A program made the position numbers and the translations under genes. This document shows, piece after piece, positions 1-10,096 of a stretch of DNA of 55,641 nt. Below the pieces are notes generated by a model. That model was not told where the DNA came from. It did not search any database and saw only the letters and a list, made by a program, of their open reading frames with translations. Position 1 is the first letter of the stretch. Every line of letters begins with the position of its first letter. Source of the stretch: Batkoa obscura (taxonomy: Eukaryota). The stretch spans positions 1-55,641 of the forward strand of contig JASVEC010000109.1 in the NCBI GenBank assembly GCA_030770535.1, given 5' to 3'.

Positions 1-537
1 ATTTATAGTATCAGAAGTATTTTTTATTCTTTTCTTCTAATATTCTGGGCATATTTCCATTCTAGTTTATCACCTAGTGTAGAATTAGGAGGAATCTGGC
101 CACCAATGGGTATAGAATCATTAAATATATGGGAATTACCATTATTAAATACTATTATATTATTATCATCAGGTGCTACAGTAACAACTGCTCATCATGG
201 ATTAATATATAAAGATAGAAAAATAGTAATATTAAGTTTAATAGCGACTTTAATATTAGCAATATTATTTATAGCATGTCAAGGATTTGAATATTATAAT
301 GCACCATTTACTTTCAGTGACGGTGCATTTGGTTCAACTTTCTTCTTTTCAACAGGGTTCCATGGAATACATGTAATAGTAGGAACAATATTCTTAATGG
401 TAGCTTTATATAGAGTATATAATTATGAATTAACTGATCAACACCATGTTGGATTTGAATCAGCTATATTATATTGGCATTTTGTAGATATAGTGTGGCT
501 TTTCTTATTTATATCAGTGTATTATTGGGGATCATAA
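1..537 (+). CDS. cox3: cytochrome c oxidase subunit 3, 3' part (window edge; full copy at 36797..37588)
   Basis: TGFHGIHV and WHFVDIVWLFLF motifs; first ~40 nt differ by indels from the full copy. Confidence 0.97.
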   Translation: MYSIRSIFYSFLLIFWAYFHSSLSPSVELGGIWPPMGIESLNIWELPLLNTIILLSSGATVTTAHHGLIYKDRKIVILSLIATLILAILFIACQGFEYYNAPFTFSDGAFGSTFFFSTGFHGIHVIVGTIFLMVALYRVYNYELTDQHHVGFESAILYWHFVDIVWLFLFISVYYWGS

Positions 538-574
538 GATAAAAAAAATCTAAATTAAGAATAGTAAAAATAAA

Positions 575-637
575 CAGCAATAAGATTAGGAATATTAGTA
601 GCATTAAATAAATAAAAAGGGAAAATATCATTATTAT
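575..637 (+). pseudogene. degenerate copy of the nad4L 3' end
   Basis: agcaataagattaggaatattagtagcatt...agggaaaatatcattat aligns by eye to 36601..36662. Confidence 0.8.
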
Positions 638-773
638 AACCTTCCAATAAATTGACAAAGGGGAATCTTCTAATAAGGGATAGAGGTCCTCTGCATAAAA
701 GCAGAGGGAGGAATAGAACGGAATTTGAAAAGGGACTTCAAGAAAAAAGTAAAAATAAAAAAACACAAAAATG
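636..773 (+). repeat. copy of the nad4L-cox3 intergenic leader (~135 bp, hairpin CCTCTGC-ataaaa-GCAGAGG)
   Basis: near-identical to 36661..36799, 6871..6998 and 8188..8323. Confidence 0.95.
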
Positions 774-1553
774 AATAATAAAGCGTATTTAGAATATAAA
801 ATATATAAAATATTATCAAATAGAATATTATGAATAATATTATATATATTATATATACAATTTTTATTTATTATATTAGGTTCACCTGTTTATTGTATGG
901 ATTCGGATAGTTATACTAATGCTGATGAAGTAAAAAAGGATAGTGAAGACACTAAAGATTTTAATAAAGAGCAATTAAAAACAGGTGTAGAGAGAACATT
1001 ATATCATTTAAAAGTAGCATTAAACGCAACAATAGGAGGAGCAGCATTAGGAGCAGCATTAGACGTAGCATCAGGAGATCCTAATGTAGGTAACAAAATA
1101 GCAATAGCAGGAATAGCAGGTGTAGCAAGAATAGGATTAGATGCAATAGAACATTCAATGTGTGAGAGTATAGACAACATGACAGAGGAAATATCAGAAG
1201 ATAGATCACCGTCTCCAAGTATTTATGATTTGAATAAAAGAAATAGTATATTCGATATAGAATCAATAAAAGAGTGGTTAAACAGCTTAGAAGAAAAAGT
1301 GAGAATCATTGTCTGTGGGGTAATAACTTTAGGAGGAGGTATATTATTATATATAACAAGAAAGATTAAGTTACATATTAGTGATAAAATATAAAAAAGG
1401 TTAATATAGAGAATGAAACATTAAAAAAAATAATAGAGAAAAAAAAAAATATGAGTAATATTTTTGACAAATTAAATTTATTAGTAATATGTTTCTTTAT
1501 TATATTAGGAATAATGATGATAATTTTTGCTGTATGAAAGTTTTATTTATAAA
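771..1553 (+). CDS. orf260, Gly/Ala-zipper membrane protein family member A (frame broken near 1391-1450 in this copy; intact at 37822..38604)
   Basis: ATG 771 is in frame with the 897 ORF when TGA=Trp; the second copy is open for 260 aa and ends KFYL*. Confidence 0.75.
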
Positions 1554-1623
1554 AATAAGCATGATTTAATAGAAAAAAACCTTCAATTCCCCCTTATATT
1601 TGAGGGGGGGGGGAGGAATAGAA

Positions 1624-1694
1624 AGGAAAATAATTTAATGGTAAAATAGTGGTCTTCAAAATCATATTTAAAGGTTCGAGTCCTTTTTTTCCTG
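1624..1694 (+). tRNA. trnW: tRNA-Trp(UCA)
   Basis: AGGAAAA/TTTTCCT acceptor; anticodon arm gtggt-cttcaaa-atcat; GTTCGAGTCC T arm. Confidence 0.92.
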
Positions 1695-1779
1695 GGGGGG
1701 GTAGAAAATTAATTTGTAATGGATATATATAGATTAGACAAAGGGGAAATCTAAAGAGAAGGGAAGAAAAAAAAAGAAA

Positions 1780-3614
1780 ATGATAAAAAATATAATAAAT
1801 AGCATAATAATAAATGACGCACCAGAACCATGGCAAATAGGATTTCAAGATAGTGCAAGTCCAATAGCCGAAGGAATATTAAGGATACATAATGAAATAC
1901 TATATTATTTAATAGTAATATTAGTATTAATATGTTGGGTTTTAACATCAATTATAGTTAAATACAATGAAAATAGTAATAAAATAAAATATAAATATTT
2001 AAACCACGGGACATTAATAGAATTAATATGGACAATAACACCAGCATTAATATTAATAGCGATAGCAATACCATCATTTAAATTATTATATTTAATGGAT
2101 GAAGTAATAGAACCTACAATAACTTTAAAATTTACAGGTTTCTTATTAGGTGGCCTGATATTATATATAATAAATAAAAGAAAAGATACCTATGAATTAA
2201 TCTATGAAAATCAAATAGAAATAATAGGTGAAAAAAATAAGATTTTTAACCCTAACTTACATATAATGAAATTTAATAAACCAAATATAAGAGCAGATAA
2301 AAGAATAGGACCTCATAATAAAGAAATAATATCAGTGATAATAGGATCATTATTAGGAAGTGCCTATGCTAATAGAAAATCAATAGAAGGAATAAGGATA
2401 GTATATAATAAAGGGAGGGAGTATAAGGAATATATAGATTATATATATGAAAAATTAAATAAACAAGGATATTGTACAAATTTATTACCGAGAAAATATA
2501 TAAGAGAAAGAAAAAAAGGTGACCAAATAAAAGAATATATCGGATATGAATTTAATACATTTACATTTAGAAGTTTAAATTGAATACATAAAATATTTTA
2601 TAAAAATGGAAAAAAAGTAATAAATCCTAAAATAGAGAAATATATAGATCCATTAGCATTAGCAATATGAATACAAGATGATGGAGGTTGAACTGAAAAT
2701 GGAGTAAGAATATCAACAAATAGTTTAAAATTAGAAGAAGTACAATTTATAGAAAAATTACTAAAAAAAAAATTTGAATTAAATTGTACAATTCAAAAAA
2801 TTCAAATTCCTGATAAATATTTCATATATATAAAAATAGAGTCAATAGATAAATTAAGAAAAATAGTATTACCATATTTTCATAAATCAATGTATTATAA
2901 ATTAGGGTTAAAAATATAAAGTTCTTTTCATGGCCGAAGGGCCTCAAATAATATATATAATAGTCGTGAGATATAAGAAAATATATTTCTAAGATCTCGA
3001 CAGGGATCTTAAAGGATAATGGGTAATTATCTTTTGGCGACACGAGTGTAAACGGTTAAAATATAATTATAAATCAATACCAGAAAACTTTCTTAATGGG
3101 AGTTTTTAAGTAATTATACAAGACCGTCAGTAAATGATTTTTATTTTTTTATATTTACTGCTACAGACTGGGTCACTTGTGGGTATCATAAAGATGCTTA
3201 ATGTACAGTCGAACGCATCAATGGTATTGGACTACAGAATATTCAGATTATGTAAATGAATCAGATAATATAGAATTTGATAATTATATGGTTCCTACTG
3301 CTGATTTAGAATTAGGAAGATTAAGATTATTAGAAGTAGATAATAGAGTAATAGTACCAGTAGATACTCATGTAAGAGTAATAGTTACAAGTACAGATGT
3401 AATACACTCATTAGCAGTACCTTCATTAGGAGTTAAAATAGATGCTATACCTGGTAGATTAAACCAATCTTCATTCTTAATTAAAAGAGAAGGGGTATAT
3501 TATGGACAATGTAGTGAATTATGTGGTATTTATCATGGGTTTATGCCAATAGTAATAGAGGGTGTAAGTTTAGAAAAATATTTAGTATGGTTAAATGAAC
3601 AGTTAGAAGGATAA
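1780..3614 (+). CDS. cox2: cytochrome c oxidase subunit 2; exons 1780..2139 and 3216..3614
   Basis: [14 protein letters not shown]-terminus; joins as [21 protein letters not shown]uA motif. Confidence 0.97.
2140..2919 (+). CDS. intron LAGLIDADG (LAGLIDADG_2-type) ORF, in frame with cox2 exon 1
   Basis: [15 protein letters not shown] and LAIWIQDDG motifs; open to TAA 2917-2919 with TGA=Trp. Confidence 0.88.
2140..3215 (+). mobile_element. cox2 group I intron (ID-like)
   Basis: exon ends in T, intron ends in G; core gctacagactgggtcac ... atgtacagtcg. Confidence 0.9.
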
Positions 3615-4485
3615 CCTTCCATAATATGAAAAAAACATTAATAAGAGAATAAAGGAAGATAATAAATAGAATATCAAAAGAGCGAAAACAAATTATTAAA
3701 TTATAGTTTAGATCCAATTATTTAAGAATCGGGAATAGAAAGTATAAAAAAATAATATAAATAGAAGAATAAAGCGTGTATAAATAGAGAAAAATATAGA
3801 AAACATCATGATCGAGTATATATAGGATCAACAGTAAATTTATATAAAAGGATTTATGATCATTATCGAAATTCTACTTTAGATATACTCAGACATCCTA
3901 AGTTATATTCATATATAAATAAATACGGATGATCTAATATGGAAATACAAATAATAGTTTTATTACCAGAATATAATAAACAAAATACGATTGAAATTAC
4001 AATAGCTAAACAAATATTAAGTAAATATGAACTAATGATAAGTGAACTATATTTAATAGATAAGAATAAACCAAGTTTAAATATAGATCTAATAGTTAAT
4101 TATGGAGGTTTACCAAATAAAGGAGGAACTGGTTATAAAGTATTGGAGGAAGAAATATTATTAAGATCGATTAAGAGGAAGAAAATTTGATCCTAAAACA
4201 ATAGAATAAATAAAATCAAAAGCATTTGGTAGACCAGCACAAACTAGAACTAAAATGTCTATTTCTTCAGGTGGAGTGAAAATTTATGTTTATACTTTAG
4301 ACTTAGTAAAATGTAATGAATTTCCGACTAAATCAGCGGCAGCTAAAGCTCTAGGTTGTTCAATTAGAACAATAGATAGGAGATGTAAAGATAGTAAACC
4401 TTATTTTATAGAGGGAGGTCCATATATATTATCTTTTGAGCCTAATAAAAAATAATAGAAGGATAACCTTCCATAATATGAAAAA
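3604..4485 (+). repeat. 30-bp perfect direct repeat (3604..3633 and 4456..4485) flanking the GIY-YIG element
   Basis: tagaaggataaccttccataatatgaaaaa at both positions. Confidence 0.95.
3627..4455 (+). pseudogene. degenerate free-standing GIY-YIG homing endonuclease
   Basis: RVYIGSTVNLYKR..HPKLYSYINKYGWSN, then a frameshifted NUMOD1-like C-terminus (VYTLD..FPTKSAAAKALGCS); upstream stops. Confidence 0.82.
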
Positions 4486-4684
4486 TATAAAGAAAGAAAT
4501 ACTCGTAAACATTGGGTGGCCCGCAGGTAGGGCAAACAATTAGAACAGAATGGGGAGAAAATGAATAGAATAAATAATATTAAAAATATATGAGGGAAAA
4601 ATTTCCTTATATAACCTACCCGAAAAATGAAAGGCTGCATAGAGCAAAAGAGAGACGGGGGACTAAGGATAGAAAAAGTAGAAA

Positions 4685-5320
4685 ATGATAATAACAAATT
4701 TTAATTTAATAAAAAAAAAAGAACAAACAATATATTCTGTTTGTGCTATATATGTAGAATATGATAAATTTATAAATGGTATAAATAGAAGAGAAGCATA
4801 TCTGAAAAAATATTATAGTAATAGAGACCTAAGGAATCCTAAAGGTATAAATTATGAACCAATACAATTTGAAATCATTTGTAATAATAAGAAAGATTAT
4901 AATATTTTATTAGGATTAAATTTACTAAAAAGTAATTTTAATAAAATTAATATATATAATAATAAATTTGATTATTTAATTAGTGATTTAGAAAATGTTA
5001 TAAATCAAAGTATAAAAGAATTTGAAGAGGCTTCTAATATACAAATAGATAATGAGGTATATTTTGATGAGATGTTAAATAGTTATTTAAATTTATTTAA
5101 AAGGAAAATATATTGTTATTTTAATATGGAAATGTATGAAGTTATAAAAGAATTAAAGAATAGAGGTGTAGTAATTACTGGAGGTAGTTCAATAAAAAAA
5201 CATATATTAAATCCACAACATTATAGATTATTTTCACTCTGTAAAGAAATCTTTATTAATGAGCAAGATATAAATAATTCTTATAAAAATAATGAAAAAC
5301 TAAGATTTAATAAACCTTAA
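4685..5320 (+). CDS. orf211, unknown soluble protein
   Basis: 211 open codons behind a purine-rich leader; contains GVVITGGSSIKKHILNPQHYRL; no recognised family. Confidence 0.55.
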   Translation: MIITNFNLIKKKEQTIYSVCAIYVEYDKFINGINRREAYLKKYYSNRDLRNPKGINYEPIQFEIICNNKKDYNILLGLNLLKSNFNKINIYNNKFDYLISDLENVINQSIKEFEEASNIQIDNEVYFDEMLNSYLNLFKRKIYCYFNMEMYEVIKELKNRGVVITGGSSIKKHILNPQHYRLFSLCKEIFINEQDINNSYKNNEKLRFNKP

Positions 5321-5426
5321 ATTAATACTAAGTTTCTATCAATAGCAAGGCTGAGTACTTATTATATGAAAACCATTATAATGAATATAGTATTATTCAT
5401 ATAGTGCAACAGAATATAAAACAGGG

Positions 5427-5540
5427 ATAGGGAGATTAATAAATATAAATAGGATGACGATGATAGTGTTCTTATATTCTGCAATATTAAGTATTAATAT
5501 GACTGATATAAGAAATTCAGGAATAAGAATATATAATAGG
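5427..5540 (+). pseudogene. degenerate fragment of the nad2 5' coding region
   Basis: aataaatataaataggatgacgatgatagtgttcttatattctgcaatattaagtat is identical to nad2 at ~16088..16144. Confidence 0.9.
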
Positions 5541-5635
5541 TTTTCGATAACGACGGGTCAGGAGTAAAAGAAAAAGAATATATAAAGGGTTAGATAAACC
5601 AAAAATATCTATTTAGATGATAATAAAATAATAAA

Positions 5636-6372
5636 ATGAAAAAAATAAAAGATTTTCTTTTAGGATTTAAAAAAGGGTGGGAATTATCAATATTGCCAAA
5701 TAAAATTAGTAAATTTCATAATAGTCCATGGATAAGAATATTTAGAGTAGTAGGTGGTTTATCTATATTAATTTGTTTAGGGAAAGGAATAATAATAGAC
5801 TCCAAATTCATTATCTATGTAGTCCCTATTACTATAGTATATTTTATATATACATTAATAATATTAAGTATAAAAATAAAACATATAATATATATATGGA
5901 AATCAGGAAAATTAGATTTCAGAAATTCCCCATTAAATAAATAAATGGGTTTAGGGGCTAGATTAGCGTGTAAAAGGAGCCTGTGAATATGGATTAGTTT
6001 TTGGATCTTTTTTAGGGGCTGGATTTGGAATAGATCAGATTTTGACTAATTCAATCTCCTCTGGTGGCAGTATTTGGTCCAATAATAGGAACAGGGTTAG
6101 ATAATATATTAAATAAAATAGGAATAAAAAATCCAAATATAGATAGTAATCTAATGGAAATTAAAGAACAAATATCTAAAGATAAAGTAAATAAAGGAAT
6201 GGCTATAAATATATTAAGAGAATTGCAGGAGTTAAAAGAAATGCAAGACAATGAATTGATATCAATGGTGAGATAAGAGTTAGGAGAAGAGTTAGCCAAA
6301 AAAATATCAATAATGGGTGAGGATAGTCAGAAGTTAATAAATCATATAAAGGAGAAATATAATGATAAATAG
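5636..6372 (+). pseudogene. disrupted paralogue of orf268 ('RNSPL..KGxC' membrane protein)
   Basis: LP..FHN...RI.R and RNSPLN shared with 21998..22804; TAA at 5942 and 6274 plus frameshifts, same in both window copies. Confidence 0.8.
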
Positions 6373-6512
6373 AAGCAAATCGATAGTAGTGAGGATAACC
6401 TTATTCAATCCTCAAGTATAAGGGGGATAAAAAGGTTCTAGGTCAACATAGGAGTCGGAAGCCAGCCCTCCTTATAATTAGCAGAAAACTTGTTCTAATT
6501 AATATATTAATA

Positions 6513-6578
6513 ATGCCAATAGTAATAGAAGGAGTAAGCTTGGAGAAATACTAAGTATGGTAAAATGAACAAGGGTAG
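6513..6578 (+). pseudogene. degenerate fragment of the cox2 3' end
   Basis: atgccaatagtaatagaaggagtaagcttggagaaatac aligns to 3543..3608; contains stops. Confidence 0.85.
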
Positions 6579-6870
6579 AATCATATAAGATGGAGCCTTC
6601 CGCCAGTTTACAAATAAGGAATTGGAAAATAATTAAACCATTTATCTTATTAGGATTTTATCACATTTTATGGTTCTTGATAATTAGAAGAAGGAAAATA
6701 GGAGAGCACTAATATATTAGTAAAAAAGGAGGGTATCTATCTAAAAATAAGAGGTGAAGTATCTGCATAATCTGAATATATAGTGCAGATATATAATACC
6801 TTTATACTTAAAGGTATTGGGGATAGAATATTAGTAGGAATATATAGTTTATTATTATAAAAAATTATCT

Positions 6871-6998
6871 AATAAATTGATAAAGGGGAATCTTCTAATA
6901 AGGGATAGAGGTCCTCTGCATAAAAGCAGAGGGAGGAATAGAACGGAGTTTGAAAAGGGACTTCAAGAAAAAAGTAAAAATAAAAAAAAACAAAAATG
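6871..6998 (+). repeat. copy of the cox3 leader
   Basis: near-identical to ~36671..36799. Confidence 0.95.
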
Positions 6999-8186
6999 AA
7001 TTATAAAATACAAGCACAACTTTTACATTTAGTAGAACCATCACCTTGGCCTTTAACTATATCATTAGGTTTAGGTATAATGATTATAGGTGGGATTATA
7101 ATTTTTTTAGGATTAGGAATAGGATTATTTTTATTAATGATAAGTTTCTTATTTATTATGAGTTTAATAATAAAGAAAAAGAAAATATATCAATTAATAG
7201 AAAAAGTAGAAGTTAATATACAATTAAATATTCTTAACATATTTAATAAAAATAAATATATTACTTATTTAATATGTTTTTTTGTATGTAATTATATATT
7301 AATAAAAACTGGAAATATAATCCAATGTATGGATGGAATAGATGGACCATTGACTCCTGACTCGTCTCACAATGGAGACGATGATTTAGAAATAGATTTA
7401 AATATACAAAATCTAGAATCTGAAACAGAAAGGGGTATAAATGAAGAGGATAATAACAATATATTAGATTCTATAGCAGAGAGAATCATAGATGATAGTA
7501 GAGAATCATTATCATATACAATAGAGGAGTTTATGGATATACCAATACATATAGATACTTCTGTAAGAGGAGTGTCAAATTTTACTTTAAGTATAGTAAG
7601 TGGGGCTGGTGTAGGAATGGGTATATACTCTGGAGTGAGAGCGGCAGTAAGTGGATATAATTTAATGAGACCTAGACCAAGTGCATTAATAGGAGCTGGA
7701 ATGGCAATAGTAGGAGGGATATCAGGAGGATTAATAATGTTAGCTTCAAGACAGTGAAGCAATGGAAGTATAAACAATGGAAGAATAACAATAGGGAGAT
7801 CAAGTAGAAATAACTCAATAGGTTCTGATAGTGATAATTCAAATAGCGAAGGAGGACCATTAAGATCTGTATTGGAATTTGATATACAAGATTATATAGA
7901 CGAACCTATAGTAGTAACATTGTTTGTAATAGTAACATTATTAATAATTTCAATACAATTATTAAATTTTATAATATTAAGATTAATGTTTATAAAATTT
8001 TATGATAAAATAGAAATTAGATTAAAAAATTACCCGAGAATAAGTAAGTATAGTTTAAAGATGAAAAATATATTTTTAAAGGTAAGTACTATATATTATA
8101 TTATAGGTATAATAATAATATATATAAATATACTAAGTAGCATATATTTTATAATAAAAATTTTAAATGAAATAGTAAAAATTTAA
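6996..8186 (+). CDS. orf396, chimeric: ~41 cox3-derived N-terminal residues fused to Gly-zipper family member B
   Basis: track ORFs 6996 and 7872 are one frame with TGA=Trp; MNYKIQAQLLHLVEPSPWPLT vs Cox3 MNYKIQAHPFHLVEPSPWPLT. Confidence 0.85.
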
Positions 8187-8187
8187 A

Positions 8188-8323
8188 ATAACCTTCCAAT
8201 AAATTGATAAAGGGGAATCTTCTAATAAGGGATAGAGGTCCTCTGCATAAAAGCAGAGGGAGGAATAGAACGGAGTTTGAAAAGGGACTTCAAGAAAAAA
8301 GTAAAAAAAAAATAAAAATAATG
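8188..8323 (+). repeat. copy of the cox3 leader including AACCTTCC
   Basis: near-identical to 36661..36799. Confidence 0.95.
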
Positions 8324-9076
8324 AGAATAGCATATATAAATACTCATATAAAATTCTTTCTAATAAAAATATTATCAAATAGTTTACTTATGTTGATAAT
8401 AAAAATAATATTTATACAATGTTTTTTTATATTGTATTATTCACCTATACTATTAATGGAGGGTGAAAGTGGTATAAATAGTTCTGAATCTGGAAGACAA
8501 AAGAATGAGGATTTAGAGGTTTTAGTATCTACTATAGAGGATGGTGGTAGAGCATTAAAAAATATTGGCTTAATAGGAATACCAGCAGCAGTAGTGGCAT
8601 CTCAAGATGATTTACCATTGGCAATAGGAACAGCAATAGTTGGAGCAACAGTAGAAGTAGCTGCGAAGGTAGCTAGGAATGAGATAAAAAGAAAATTATC
8701 TGATTCAAATAATGATATAATACCAGAGGATCCACCTTCACCAGGTTTTGGTACTACTTATGAGTCTAGTATGATACCAGATTTTAGTTGAATTATGGAA
8801 ATATTTGAGGGTTTAGATAATAATGTAAAACTAATAATATTGGCTTTCATATTAATAATTTGTGCTTTTTATTTTTATAATTTAATAAAAATTAAAAACA
8901 AAATAAATACTAAAATAAACACTTTAGGAGAAACAATTAATAATCCTTATTTAAGTTTTTTTATAAAATTAAAAAATTATTTTAATAAATTTACAAACAT
9001 ATTTTTATATGTAATATTTATAATATGTATAGTATTTGCTATATTGATTATAATATTCATTATATGATGGTTTTAA
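8321..9076 (+). CDS. orf251, Gly/Ala-zipper family member C
   Basis: ATG at the end of the leader; track ORFs 8204 and 8795 join through TGA=Trp; TAA 9074-9076; KILSN..IQ..SP..ME matches orf260. Confidence 0.8.
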
Positions 9077-9324
9077 TAGATTCTAATAAAAACCTTCCAT
9101 CTCCAGTGTATAAACGAGTATACATTGGGGATAGATAGAAAGAGAAGGAGGATAACATTTCGCATAATATAAATAATAAATAAGATAAAGCAAAGGGGAC
9201 CTTTAAAAATATATACAGTGAGGAATATACCTGAGGAGATCAGCAGAAAAGGAGAGGAGGAAAGTGAAAGAAGAGAGAGAAAAGAATGGAAAGAAGTGAT
9301 GAAAAAAAAAGAAAAAAAAAGAAA

Positions 9325-10017
9325 ATGGGAAATAAACATCCATTAAGTTTAGGATTAAAAAGGAATATAAATTGGTCAAGTATAATATATAAATATAATA
9401 ATATAAATAAAGAAAAAAATAAAGAGAGAATAATAAATGAAATTATATTACAAAAATATAAAGAGAGATTAATATCAAAACCAGTATATGAACATTTAAG
9501 TGAAAAAATAAAGGTAATAATAACAGAATATAAAAGAGTAAGAGAGGAAAAAAAAGAAATAAAAAAGATAGAAAATAAGATAAAAAAGAGAATAAATAAG
9601 GATATAGAGATAAATAAAATAGAAATAAAAAAACCTATATTAGATAGTAAAATATTAGGAGAATATATAAAAAAGAGAATGAAAAAGAATAGTATACAAA
9701 GGATAAGAAAGGAAATAAAAAGGGAAATAAAGATACCAAAGATGAGAGAAGAAGAAGAATACTCATATAATTGGTTAAAAATAAAAGAAAATTATATAAA
9801 TAAGGAAATAAAATCATATATAAAAGGGATATATATAATAGTAAAAGGGAGAATTAGTAAGAAAAGAAGAGCACAAAGAAGTATGAAATATAGAATAAAT
9901 ATAGGGAGATTAGAATTTAATAAGATAAATAATATGATGGATTATAGTCAAATAAAAATAAATGGAATAAACGGGGTATATAATATAAAAATAGGGATAA
10001 AAACAGATATAGTATAG
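9325..10017 (+). CDS. rps3: ribosomal protein S3
   Basis: MGNKHP.SLGL N-terminus; IKGIYIIVKGRI and NGVYNIKI C-terminal S3 motifs; very basic. Confidence 0.88.
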   Translation: MGNKHPLSLGLKRNINWSSIIYKYNNINKEKNKERIINEIILQKYKERLISKPVYEHLSEKIKVIITEYKRVREEKKEIKKIENKIKKRINKDIEINKIEIKKPILDSKILGEYIKKRMKKNSIQRIRKEIKREIKIPKMREEEEYSYNWLKIKENYINKEIKSYIKGIYIIVKGRISKKRRAQRSMKYRINIGRLEFNKINNMMDYSQIKINGINGVYNIKIGIKTDIV

Positions 10018-10023
10018 AGAGAG

Positions 10024-10096
10024 GGGGATATAGCTTAATTGGCAGAGCAATCGATTTGCAATCGGCAAGATAAGAGTTCGAGTCTCTTGATCTCCA
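10024..10096 (+). tRNA. trnA: tRNA-Ala(UGC)
   Basis: anticodon loop tttgcaa; G3:U70. Confidence 0.92.

Noticed and set aside
4500..4670. Second rnpB, hammerhead ribozyme or complete group I intron
   Set aside because: No GAAAGTC/GCTTA pair, no CUGANGA core and no clear P7 partner or host exons; kept only as an unexplained structured segment
636..8323. Dispersed 135-bp repeat as a CRISPR array or MITE
   Set aside because: No regular spacers, terminal inverted repeats or target duplications; it is a copy of the native nad4L-cox3 spacer
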